From Macrostomum lignano (taxonomy: Eukaryota), in the NCBI GenBank assembly GCA_002269645.1, contig NIVC01000889.1, forward strand, positions 186,001 through 250,000: DNA of 64,000 bases. Reading direction: 5' to 3'. Positions 40,690 through 62,736 of this stretch are shown one piece after another. The notes under the pieces were generated by a model. That model saw nothing but the letters and a program-made list of their open reading frames with translations, searched no databases and was not told the origin of the DNA. The translations under genes were made by a program, and so were the position numbers. Positions within the stretch are counted from its first letter, which is position 1; each line of letters starts with the position of its first letter.

Positions 40690-40900
40690 TTAAGTAGAGA
40701 TTAGATAAAGATTAGATAGAGATTACACTGTAGATAGAAATTAAATAGAAGTTAAATAGAGATTGCATAGAGATTACAGATTATATAGAGCTTAGATAGA
40801 GATCGGATAGAGATTAGATAGGGGTCGGATAGAGATTAGATGGAGATTAGATAGAGATTAGATGGGGATTAGGTATGGATTAGATAAAGATTAGATCGAG
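40690..40900. repeat. Degenerate GAGATTAGAT repeat
   Basis: Direct sequence. Confidence 0.75.
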
Positions 40901-41204
40901 ATTATTAGTTATTGTATTATTAGAGATCATATTGGCAATTAGATTTGATTGGCATAAGGATAGTTAAGCCTATAAGTGTCTAATGTACTTTTGCTGTTTT
41001 CCTTTTGTACTTTAGTTTGTTATTCCAACATCTCCGACTCCCATGGTGACTGTTTTGGAATGTTAAATAAGAAAATTTATGCGCGAAATCAATCTGGAAT
41101 TCTAATTTACCTGATTGGGAAAAATAAAAATGCCACAAATATGCAAAACATGGTCGTCTAGACGAGCAGGATGTGTTTATTTCAAGAAAGATTTTGGTAA
41201 GTGA

Positions 41205-41670
41205 GTCAGGCAATGAGTCTGGTAATGAGTATAGTAATGAGTATATTAATGAGCCTGGTAAAGAGTTTGGTAATGAGTTTGGTAATGAGTCTGGTAATGA
41301 GTCTGGTAATGAGTCTGGTAATGAGTCTGGTAATGAGTCTGGTAATGAGTGTAGTATTGAGTCTGGTAATGAGTCTGGTAATGAGTGTAGTATCGAGTCT
41401 GGTAATGAGTCTGGTAATGAGTCTGGTAATGAGTCTGGTAATGAGTGTAGTATTGAGTCTGGTAATGAGTCTGGTAATGAGTGTAGTATTGAGTCTGGTA
41501 ATGAGTCTGGTAATGAGTGTAGTATTGAGTCTTGTAATGAGTATAGTAATGAGTCTTGTAATGAGTCTGGTAATGAGTTTGGTAATGAGTCTGGTAATGA
41601 GTGTAGTATTGAGTCTGGTAATGAGTCTTGTAATGAGTATAGTAATTAGTCTTGTAATGAGTCTGGTAAT
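41205..41670. repeat. 12-bp tandem repeat (GAGTCTGGTAAT)
   Basis: Direct sequence. Confidence 0.93.
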
Positions 41671-42088
41671 GATAAAATGGTAAAATATCCTTTGGTTTCA
41701 GCTAAGGAAGGGGAAAAATATTTCGCCTATGTGAATTGAAATTCTCCCCAGCCCAATTCCCTGCCTGCAAATCCCTCGACGAAAAGAAAAAACAAAAAAT
41801 TCCGAGAAGAAAACAGAAGCAGTTGCTGAGCAGTGGCAAAGGGCGGCTCTGCCTCCAGCGGGATTCTGAGTGAGAAGGCCCGATCCTCTGCATTGGATGG
41901 GAAGCACATTGACGAACAGCGGAGACGACGTGGGGAAGTGGGAGGAGGGGAGGGGATTTAAGAGAACTGCCCTGCTGGAGGCGCGTTTAAAGCAGCTGGG
42001 CGGAAAATGCCAGCTTCAGTTGAATAAATTATTGGCTGAAAAAGCTGGAGAATTAAAAGTGAAGTACCGCTTCTGTTCCTTAGGTAAG

Positions 42089-42400
<312 letters not shown>

Positions 42401-42814
42401 TCTCTCAGCCTCCGCACCCGCCCTCAGTTGCCATAATCCCGCTCTGAAATCCCAGCTCATCTCAAGCCACAAAGCTCAGCTGACGCTGATTCCGCAGAGG
42501 CCGTGGGCTCCAGCTCACCCAGCCTGTATTTGGCAAGCCAAGTTCATCCTGGCACAGAAATCTCACAGCTCATTCGCCATGTTAACTAAACCCTTGGAGC
42601 GATTTCCTCAGCTCCATCAGCCCGCTTGCACTTTAGCTATGGCCCTGGAAGCCACTGTCACCCGTCCATAGCTTTCACACTCAGAGATAAACCTGGTTTA
42701 CGATCGTATTTTTGGCAGTTTGTTCCGGGGTTCTCAAGCTTGCCGAGCTGAATTTATTGGTTTTTCTGGAAAAGTCTCGAGCAGCCTGTTTGTTAGTCTG
42801 ATTAAAGTATGGGG

Positions 42815-43105
42815 GAAAGAGGGAGAGACTGGGGAGAGAGGGAGACACTGGGAGAGAGGGAGACACTGGGGAGAGAGGGAGACACTGGGAGAGAGGGAGA
42901 CAGGTTGAGATACAGGGTGAGAGAAGAGAGTCACAGGGTGAGATACAGGGTGAGGGAGGAGAGTCACAGGATGAGAGAGGAGAGTCGCAGCGTGAGATAC
43001 AGGGTGAGAGAGGGAGTCACAGGGTGAGATACAGGGTGAGAGAAGAGAGTCACAGTGTGAGATACAGGGTGACAGAGGGAGTCACAGGGTTGAGATACAG
43101 GGTAA
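42815..43105. repeat. GA-rich minisatellites (GGGAGACACTGGGAGAGA-type, then GAGATACAGGGTGAG-type)
   Basis: Direct sequence. Confidence 0.8.
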
Positions 43106-43295
43106 GACTGAAAGAGATGCTCTCTGTGAATCCATTGGGAGCTGAAATCTCATTCCTGGATCCCAATGAGGTCAAATCAAGGTCACACCGCACTTCTCCG
43201 TCAACCAAAGGTAGCTTTTAAACTGTGAGAGAAATTGTATATTAATGACCTAATTAACCAGGTAGCCTAGGCCTCGCAAAAGACTGCCTTGAGCA

Positions 43296-48922
<5,627 letters not shown>

Positions 48923-48984
48923 GTGCCGCTTGAGCACGGAGGAGAACCTCAGAGTTGGTTTTGCCTGACTGCTTTGGATCATTA

Positions 48985-49810
48985 GATTGGATCTATTGAG
49001 ATGAGATTGGATCTATTGGGATGAGATCAGATTTATTGGGATTAGATTAGATCTATTGGGATGAGATCAGATCTATTGAAATAAGATTAGATCTATTGGG
49101 ATGAGATTGGATCTATTGGGATTAGATTGGATCTATTGAGATGAGATTGGATCTATTGGGATGAGATAGAATCTATTGGGTTGAGATCAGATCTATTGAA
49201 ATTAGATTAGATCTATTGGGATGAGATCAGATTTATTGGGATGAGATTAGATCTATTGGGATGAGATCAGATCTATTGAAAAAAGATTAGATCTATTGGG
49301 ATGAGATTGGATCTATTGGGATTAGATTGGATCTATTGAGATGAGATTGGATCTATTGGGATTAGATTGGATCTATTGAGATGAAATTGGATCTATTGGG
49401 ATGAGATTGGATCTATTGGGATGAGATCAGATTTATTGGGATGAGATTGGATCTATTAGGATTAGATTGGATCTATTGAGATGAAATTGGATCTATTGGG
49501 ATGAGATTAGATCTATTTGGATGAGATCAGATCTATTGAAATTAGATTAGATCTATTGGGATGAAATTGGATCTATTGGGATGAGATAGGATCTATTGGG
49601 GTGAGATTGCATCTATTAGGATTAGATTGGATCTATTGAGATGAAATTGGATCTATTGGGATGAGATTGGATCTATTGGGATGAGATCAGATTTATTGGG
49701 ATGAGATTGGATCTATTAGGATTAGATTGGATCTATTGAGATGAGATTAGATCTATTGGGATGAGATCAAATCTATTGAAATTAAATTAGATCTATTGGG
49801 ATGAGATTGG
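48985..49810. repeat. 20-bp degenerate tandem repeat (ATCTATTGGGATGAGATTGG)
   Basis: Direct sequence. Confidence 0.93.
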
Positions 49811-50109
49811 GCGTAAAAGTGGGTGTAGGTCATTTAGAGTGGGTTTAGGTTATACATTTTTATTAAATATTTTAGCTTTCACTACAAACAAATCGTTTTT
49901 GTGTTTCTGCAGTCTCGAACAATCACCTTTGTCATTAATATAAGCGTTACACACTATTAATAATACTCTGACTAAAGTCATTTTCGATTAGTTCAAATGA
50001 GATTTGTTGTTTATTTTTAACCTAAAAAGAAAGCAAAGCATGGTTTATTAAATATCTTAAAGATTATAAAGTGGATTATGGGATTCGGTTAAGGTTACAT
50101 GAAATTCAG

Positions 50110-50645
50110 GTGCGATTGAATAGGGCTCATGTGAGATTGGATAGGATTCGGGTGATATTCGATAGGATTCAGGTGAGACTGGACGGGATTCAGGTGAGAT
50201 TGGATAGAATTCAGGTGAGATTGGATATGGCTCAGGTGATATTAGATACGGCTCAGTTGAGATTTGATAGGGCTCAGCTAAGATTGGATAGGATTCTGGT
50301 GATATTCGATAGGATTCAGGTGAGATTGGATAGAATTCAGGTGAGATTGGATACGGCTCAGCTAAGATTGGATAGGATTCTGGTGATATTCGATAGGATT
50401 CAGGTGAGATTGGATAGAATTCAGGTGAGATTGGATACGGCTCAGCTAAGATTGGATAGGATTCTGGTGATATTCGATAGGATTCAGGTGAGACTGGGTA
50501 GGATTCAGGTGAGATGGATAGAATTCAGGTGAGATTAGATAGGATTCTGGTGAGATTGGATAGAACTCAGGTGAGATTGAATAGGGCTCAGGTGAGATTG
50601 GATACGGCTCAGGTGAGATTGGATAGAGCTCAGGTGAGATTAGAA
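50110..50645. repeat. 21-bp degenerate tandem repeat (GGATAGGATTCAGGTGAGATT)
   Basis: Direct sequence. Confidence 0.92.
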
Positions 50646-50711
50646 AGACTCGAATGCAAAGATGGTTTTGGCACTTTGACTTCTTCGGGTTGCGCAGTTG
50701 CCCAGCAGCTG

Positions 50712-52019
50712 TCAGTCGGTTCCAGGCGGTTCCTGCACCTCCTGTTTCACTGCTCTCAGACCCAAAACCGGCTCCGAAGCAGAGAAGCTGCTGCTGGGAA
50801 TTTCCGTATCTTCATGCCCTGTGTCTTCGCCTTCCGCCTCATGTGCAGCCTCCCGCTCTGCCTCCGTCATCTCTTGAATAAAATCATCGAATCCGTTTTC
50901 ACCCTCCGCATTGTCCAGCAGATCTTCTTCAACTTCGGAGGAGTCCAGCCGAGTCTCGCGTACGAACACGAACACCTTGGTTAAAACGATTCAAAACGTA
51001 AAATTATAGCAATAATGTTCTCACATACTACTGGTGAAAGCGTTTTAAAATTTGGGTCAGACGTGGACCGACAGCTCAGCCGCAGCTATTGCGCGGCGCA
51101 TCTGGAGGCAGTCGCCACACACACCCTCAATTACCCCAGCTAATGCTGGCACCCATTTTACAGCTGGGTGAACTGAAGCAATGCAGAGTTAAGTGTCTTG
51201 CTCAAGGACACAGATTGTTCCGAGTGGGTCAAGAATCGAACCCCTAACCTTCAATGCGTGAGTCCGAAGCTCTAACCACTAGGCCACAACACCTTAGGAC
51301 CCCTTAAGTTAAGAAATAGTTAACAAAAATGGAAGCAAAATAAAGCTTAATACGATAGTACGGGTCAACCCGCAGCCAATTCCGCTGGCCTCTGAGCACG
51401 CAAACGGATGCGTACGCAGGCAAACGCTCACACAGGGTGTACAAAAGCCCTGACAGCGGCCCTGGCCTCAGAGGTTGGGTATTAATCGCACAACGAGTTG
51501 CGCTAATTAATTAATCACCTATAAATTACATGCATGGTTATTTTTCGCTACGGAAAACATGTTTCTTTCCTTTTAGTAGCTGTACTGCCTACTTGTCAGT
51601 AGTCAAGTCGAAAGTTCTGGCGCACCTGCACCCCAGCTGGCAGACCCTCCTGCTCCGGAGTGTTCGATGCTGTCACCTGCAGCGGTTTCAGCCCGCTGAT
51701 GCTGGCGTGCTCTGGCAGGCAGTTGAAGTAGAAGGCGCAGTCGCCACCGAGACCGAGGCGACGCCGCACTGTGTCGATGGCTTTGTTGAAGGCCATATGG
51801 CGGGCCAGCTGCACCGAAGCTCTGGCTGTCCAGCTGCACATTCGGTCGGGTTGGAAGTGCTGCTCAGTGAGGGTGGGCAGCGAGTCGGGCTTCGGGATCA
51901 GGAAGTTGATCTGGACGCATTCCAGTCGGGAACGGCCCGCTGTCGGCTGCTGCAGATGTTGAAGACGGCCGAGGTGCATCGGGTTGGGCTTCTGGCGTGG
52001 CTGTGTGTGACCACGGATT
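50712..52019 (-). CDS. 3' exons of a gene with a SUMO/ubiquitin-like domain and acidic tail; 5' exons not located
   Basis: Exons about 52019-51626 (CAG|GTGCGC donor) and 50975-50712 (TTTTAACCAAG acceptor) join in frame. Sequence 'ARHMAFNKAIDTVRRRLGL..CAFYF...SNTPEQEGLPAGVQVFVF' resembles SUMO-like folds. Confidence 0.55.
51068..51291 (-). mobile_element. tRNA-derived SINE copy 2 (internal deletion), intronic
   Basis: Reverse-complement match to 7251-7530, lacking the CAGTCCTTGGACTGAACAGCC segment. Confidence 0.85.
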
Positions 52020-52179
52020 CTGTATACTCAGAGAATCATGTAGCTCCCATGATGCCCGTAAAAAGAAAAATTTAGTCAAGTTCCAAGCTTTTTTCGCAAT
52101 TTTAGTCTATGGCTTTGGTTTAGAAACTTTGCCTTTTGAAAGGAATCAACGAGGAATAAGCTACATGTACACTTCTACA

Positions 52180-52533
52180 AGTACCAGTGAGCTCAGGTGA
52201 ACTCTCATCCAGTTCTACCAGTGAGCTCAGGTGAACTCTCATCCAGTTCTACCAGTGAGCTCAGGTGAACTCTCATCCAGTTCTACCAGTGAGCTCAGGT
52301 GAACTCTCATCCAGTTCTACCAGTGAGCTCAGGTGAACTCTCATCCAGTTCTACCAGTGAGCTCAGGTGAACTCTCATCCTGTTCTACCATTGAGCTCAG
52401 GTGAACTCTCATCCAGTTCTACCAGTGAGCTCAGGTGAACTCTCATCCTGTTCTACCATTGAGCTCAGGTGAACTCTCATCCAGTTCTACCAGTGAGCTC
52501 AGGTAAACTCTCATCCAGTTCTACCAGTGAGCT
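52180..52533. repeat. 34-bp tandem repeat (CCAGTGAGCTCAGGTGAACTCTCATCCAGTTCTA), about 10 copies, no spacers
   Basis: Direct sequence. Confidence 0.95.
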
Positions 52534-54874
52534 CGCTCGCACGGGCGTATTCAGCATGCCAGTGAAGTATGAGACAGACCAGGCCTATGGGCTAGGGTCT
52601 GCGATCCTCCACGCCTGCCCCTATCTTCAGCAGGTAAAGGCTGGTGGGACGTCTGCACCCTCTATTTACCGCTGGCAGCCGCAGACCCCCCTCACGCTGT
52701 CTCGCAAGCCGACCCAGGGTACCCGTCCCCGCGAGTGTTTAAGTCAGGCCCTAGGGCTGCCGGACTGTCTGGGCTCCGGCGCTGGGGACCCATCCAGTGG
52801 CTTTTGCCGTACTTGGGTATGCAGATCTGGCTCGCCAGTCCGCAGGCCGTGGTACTGCTCAACGTACCCTCTAACGCCTTAAGGTGTTCGACCGTGCCGA
52901 CGGGCTGGAAGGCCGGGGAGTAGTCCGGTCGCAAGCGGTCCCCCTCCTGGTGTCGGGCCAGCCTTGAGGGTTCTTTTGGCCTACTGCCCGGTCAGGTGGA
53001 GCGGCCGGGTGGGTACCGCACCCCTTCGAGGGTAGCCCACCAACCTTTATCATGGCCTTCGAGCCGACTATGGATAAACAAGCTATTTCTAGGGACGGGG
53101 ACCCTTCTAAACCCCAACCTCAGTCCGACGGACCGGACGGCCCTGCTGGCAGATCCCAACCGACTGATTCAACTGTGGCAAAGGAAGGACCGGCTGGCTC
53201 TGCTGGCAGATCCGACCAGAGCTACCAAACTCAAAATACCCAAAGACCTGCCAGCTCTGCTGGTGGATCTAAGGGAACCGCGAGCTCTGAGCCTAAAGGA
53301 CCGGCCAAATCTGGCAGATCCGACGAAGCTCAGCGGGCTCGGCTTGAGCGCAAACGCGCTAAGCAACGCGCCAAAAGGCAGGCCAAGAAGGGAGCTGCGG
53401 GGGCCAAAGCGGCGGCGTCCACCATGGATGCTGAAGCGACTGGCGTCCCAAGGCAACCAGACGGGCCGGCCGGTGGAAGCTCCAGTAGTTCAGCGGCGGC
53501 GCTCCCTGGAGATGCTGCTGCGGCTGCTGAGGCCGAAACCACGGCGCAACATATGGCCACTGCCAACAAGGAGGTTCCTTCGGGAGCTACCTTTGCGGCG
53601 AAGGCCAAGGCCAAAATCTCGGGAGTGATCATCCAAGGTCGCGACCAGGACTGGACCACTGATCCGCTTCAAAAAGTGTGGAGTGCTGTTGACTCCTATC
53701 TGATTGAGCTGACTGTCGAGGAGGGAATCTCCATCGGCATTGAGCAGATGGTGCTGCAAAGCACATTCGCTCTTATTGCTTCTACATGTAGCAGTGAGGA
53801 GGACGCTCAGCAGCTGCTCCAGCGGCTACCGACGGTCTCCTTGGATGCTGACCTCGGCGGAGCCCTTTTTCTTCGTGAAGGCCGGCGTCCAAAGACAATA
53901 CCCTACGTGGTTTTTGTCCCTGCAAAGAGCACCGCAGCTGGACCAGACGTTGTCCTCTGGGTCCTACTGCGCCTGAATCCCGACCTCCCTGTTAGTGGAC
54001 TGGTGTATCACCGCAATGTCCGCAGGGGGAGACGGGCAAGTCAATTTTCCTCGGCCTTTCCAACGTTTGGGCGAGTCGGTCCCTAACCTAGGGAAACGGA
54101 TCCTTTTTCCAGCTGGGTGCCCTCAAGCTCAAGATGCGCCGAGGAAAGTCTGCCAAAGGGAAGGCTGCTGCCAACCCCGGCATCTCCGGCAAGAGCGGAG
54201 CGCAGTCTAAGGCCCAAGGAAAGGCGCAAGCCGATCCCAAATCCAGAGCTGCGTCTCGCCCCTCTGCTAGCAGCAATTCGGCGACCCCGGTGACGGCTCC
54301 GGCCAAGCCCCGGGAACCGAACCTGCCAGCCGGAGAAGGAGTTGAGGACGAGGCCGGGTCTTCGGAATCCGAGCTCTCCTCGGCCACCATTTTGCATGCA
54401 GTCAGTTTCTTTAGACAAATAGACACGGTTCACTGGTGGGGTCTGAAGACAAAGATGCAGATGAGGAAGCTTCCTCCATCCTGTCATCGGAGCCTGAGGA
54501 CTCTGCTGGGGGGAGGGGGGGCTGGTGGGGGTGAGGAGGCCATGGACGTCGACCAACTCCCATCTCCCAGTCAAGCCCCAACGGCCTGGGACGAGTACAA
54601 TTTGCTGTCCAAGTCTCCTTGATGGCCCGGGGCTCTAGCCAGACATTGCATTTAATACAGTATGACTAAGCTCCACGCTGCCAAAGGAGCGACATTCTGT
54701 CTGCAAATAAATTTACAGCATTGCGTATCTGCGTCAGTAAATCTGATGAAGATTGCTGAGCTGTACAGGCCAGGCCTCATTCTGATCCAGGAACTCTGGA
54801 CAGCTCTTATTGCTCCATCTCGGCATCCCTCGCCACCTCTGCCGTTCCTGGGATTCGCGGTTTTGTATGTCTGA
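52534..54874 (+). mobile_element. 5' half of a degenerate non-LTR retrotransposon (R1/LOA-like ORF1 and start of APE endonuclease), 3'-truncated
   Basis: About 500-nt GC-rich UTR. ORF1 53052-54622 is broken by a frameshift near 54025 and a stop at 54089 ('ATFAAKAK', 'LLRLNPDL'). ORF2 remnant 'LQINLQHCVSAS...GLILIQELW' is a typical APE N-terminus. Confidence 0.75.
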
Positions 54875-55570
54875 GATGCTTCCTCGTGAGTTTTCCATCT
54901 TCTCCCTCGACCTTGACGACTTTGGCCCACTCGGGTTCTCTCGCCAGTTGAATGACTGGGCCGCGCAGCAGATGTCCTCTCATTAGTTCCGGTGACATCC
55001 CAGTTGCTGAATGCTTTGCATTTCTATATTGTAGCTGTCGATACTGGCTTGCATGTCATTGTGATCAAAAGCTACACGAAGTGGTTTTTAGATCCCGGAC
55101 GAACCTTTCTGGTATGCCATTTGAGCGAGGATGGTACGGTGGTGTCAAAAGATGTTTACAGCCAATCGCTCGGAGCCAGGTTTCCATCTGTTTCGAGACA
55201 ATCTGAGGTCCGTTGTCTGTGACAGTGACAGACGGCACTCCCTCCTGTGCAAATGTCCGACGGAGTGAGGAACACTTGTGCCACTGATGTCCTTCTCTCT
55301 TCTTTGGACAGCTTCACACGCCGCAGCGAAAGCAGCGACATTCTTCCATGTCAAATCTTCACAGCAATTTCCGCAGGATTTCCCTGTTGTGGAGACCAAA
55401 TATGAACCGGTCACGAAGTCTTTCCGAGTCGTCCACAAAGTCGCAGCCCTCCGATAGTCGCTTCAGCCTGCGACTGTAGGCCAAGATGCCCTCACTGCTC
55501 TCTTGATTGGCCTTGTGGAACTTGAATCTACCAACGATTACAGACTTCTCGCCCATCCTCGCCGCCATTG
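54850..55570 (-). mobile_element. Internally deleted Ty3/Gypsy LTR retrotransposon remnant (gag joined to integrase core and GPY/F-like tail)
   Basis: Gag 'RFKFHKANQESSEGILAYSRRLKRLSEGCDF...LRDRFIFGL'. Integrase 'LRRTFAQEGVPSVTVTDNGPQ...HLLTPPYHPRSNGIPERFVRDLK'. Tail 'GPVIQ...VEGEDGKLTRKHL'. No LTR identified. Confidence 0.85.
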
Positions 55571-56524
55571 TTGGACCTCTCGTTAGGTCTTAAAAAGGAA
55601 CTGAAGTCTGATCGCTTGGTTTGAGTGGACCTTTTTTCTTTTTTGACCTTTTTTGTCGCTGCTCTCGTTTGTCAAATTAGCTGTCAAGTCATTCGCGACC
55701 TGGCCCTGAGGCGCGCCCTGTGACGCTGAACGGTATTTTGTTGTTGTTGTTGCTGCTGGTTGTCAAATCAATACGGTAAACTCAAAAAAGCTATAGAGTA
55801 GAACAAAAATAACGTATGCAACAGTTTGAGTTCAGCGTGATGTGATTCAGTCTAAATTCCGCCTCGTATCCTTCTTGACTCAATGCTTATGACATAACTG
55901 TTTTTCCTCTGCAAAATCATTTTTTTAGTTTTAGCTTTAGCCTCTGCTAATGCTCCTACGCTCCTATTTATTCTGAATTTTTAGTAATCTTTCTGACCAA
56001 AACACAAATTTAACCCAATGTTAATGGGCCTTTTAACTACTCGCAAGTACGTATTGTTGATGAGTAACACCCGATAACACCTGTTGAGGAAGAAAAGTTT
56101 ACTGTCTGACAAAAAATCAAATCTGAATAAGACTTCATTCTAGATGGGAGATGCATACACAATGGATTGCACAAATATGATCACTTTCAATTAATGTACT
56201 TCAGTAACTCTCTATGGTTCTCCAAGAATGAAAAAACAGACAAACTACTTTTTGCGAAGATTATAAGTAGTTTCGAAGAGTTTTGCTTTCGAAAAAACTT
56301 TCAAAGCTCGGCATGTTGTGAGCGTTTACGGTGGGAAATGAACTCAGTTTACTTTGAAGTACTGAAGTTTTGTCAGTAAAAAGTATTTGCTTTTTATGGA
56401 AAAGCAGCCAAGAGATTTTTAAACTACGAATATATTGACTTTATCTATGAGATATCTTTTTTAGTTTTTTGTTAATCTGTTCTATATTTAGCCCACCTAG
56501 AAACTTAAGACAAAATTTCCTGAA

Positions 56525-56720
56525 TCTGTCTCTTGTGTCTGTCTTGTGTCTGTCTTGTCTCTCTTGTGTCTGTCTTGTCTCTGTCTTGTCTCTCTTGTGT
56601 CTGTCTTGTGTCTGTCTTGTCTCTCTTGTGTCTGTCTTGTCTCTTATGTGTTTGTCTTGTCTTTCTTATGTGCCTGTCTTGTCTTTCTTATGTGCCTGTC
56701 TTGTCTCACTTGTGTGTCTT
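56525..56720. repeat. Degenerate (TGTCT)n repeat
   Basis: Direct sequence. Confidence 0.85.
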
Positions 56721-57394
56721 TTGTTTGCTTTTCTTCTTCCTATATTGCTATATAGCATGAGTAGATGAAATGGAAAATAAATTCTGTCTCTCAGAATAGT
56801 AGGGGGACTCAAGAGTTCACTGGTAGGTCAGCAACAGAAGACGATGCAGCGGAAACGACTGCTCAACACGCGAGCACGAGGCAACCGGAGCACACACTGG
56901 GCCAGCCCCGCCCTCCCAACCCCACACCAACGTGCTCGGGTGCACAAAAGCCTTTTATTGGCCAACTCTAAACACCGACCCTCCCTGCTCAGCCCGAAAA
57001 GCAGTCCTGTGGAGCCATTCGTATGACAGCTAAAAATATTTGCCTTCTCAGCCACAACGCGCTGGCAGGCTGGGGTTGCTGTGATAGAAGCACAGTGCCA
57101 GTGACAGTATCTATATTGTTGAGCTCAGTGCACGCTCGCAAACTGCAGTGTTTCACGTCCTGCGACGACAGCTCCCCCCCCCCTTCCACACCACCAACCC
57201 ACTGGCGCACGCAGCTATTAATTTTCCATCTGCGCTTCTTTTGTCCATCGCTGTCGGTTCCCCTCCAGAGCGCATCGGAGAAATTCTGCCACGTCAGCCA
57301 GACAGAGCCGTGTTTATATAGCTGACCTCTCTCTATTTTGCCCTATAGAACTACGCTTTCATTGCTAGAGAAATCTCATTTCGAACTGTAAAGT

Positions 57395-61177
<3,783 letters not shown>

Positions 61178-61439
61178 TTTAGGAAGGCATGGCAAATTCG
61201 AACTACAAGCGTACTGGCCCATCCATTCCGTTATCAAATTTTTAGCTCAGTTTTAACCAATTCAAATTAACTGCTTACTGTCTAACACACGAATTATCGA
61301 AGGCAAGCAAAATTATTTGAACCAGATATACGCTGAAGCTGTTATGTACTAAAAGAAACTCTTCGGAGAATCAAAGCGATCGTAAATAGCCCAATGAGCC
61401 GGTTGGACTTTTGCGTTTACTTAGTAGTTGCATTTGCTA

Positions 61440-62105
<666 letters not shown>

Positions 62106-62736
62106 GATTCTAAAGAAACTGGAAGCGTAAACAAGTGCAGGAATACGCTCGTAATTATTGCTACTAACCTGTCACCCAATGCTGCTGCTGCATTTGTCAA
62201 TGTATATTTAATCATAAAGAATAGACGAGCAAACCAAAAAGCGCATGGTGATTAACATTGTACGAGTCTAGTGAAAATTTGCTCTAAGATATAAGCAATG
62301 GCTAAACAGCATTGTATAGACAGGCCAAGCAGCTGTGGCTGCGGGCTTTAAAAAGAAACTTCAAATTTCAGAGATAAAACGCGTTCAGAAGAACTCCAGC
62401 AGCTTCAGCCGTTGCAACGCGGCGTTGCGAAAAAAAGTCAATGGAGCAGTTTTAGAAAGAGTTTTATTTATTAAGAACTAAGAGAAGGTTAAATTGTGCA
62501 TATATCGTATTGTTAGCATCAACTCAGGAGGTACCGACGTTGGCTGCACGAAAAACACCTCTAGATGACTGGAGCAAAGTCCATATGGTCCCGAATCCCA
62601 GCGTACGAATCCCTATCAACAGTGGATTCAATATAAGATGTATAAAAAGCAGCAAAAATATTGAAGTATAACTGCAATAACAAGTGCGTCTGTCTACGTT
62701 TGCAGCAATTCAGTTCGGTTCAGTAAAGCAGCTTCA

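Noticed and set aside
52180-52533. 34-bp repeats as a CRISPR array
   Set aside because: Head-to-tail copies with no unique spacers, no cas genes, and eukaryotic context. The same applies to the 23-, 29- and 32-bp arrays.
52921-52945. Twister ribozyme (CCGGTCGCAAGCGG resembles CCGGUCCCAAGCCCGG)
   Set aside because: The upstream P1/UAA/P2 elements and pseudoknot partners could not be assembled.
56765-57325. Short ORFs upstream of the JmjC gene
   Set aside because: Overlapping short ORFs with no recognisable homology; more likely promoter or UTR sequence.
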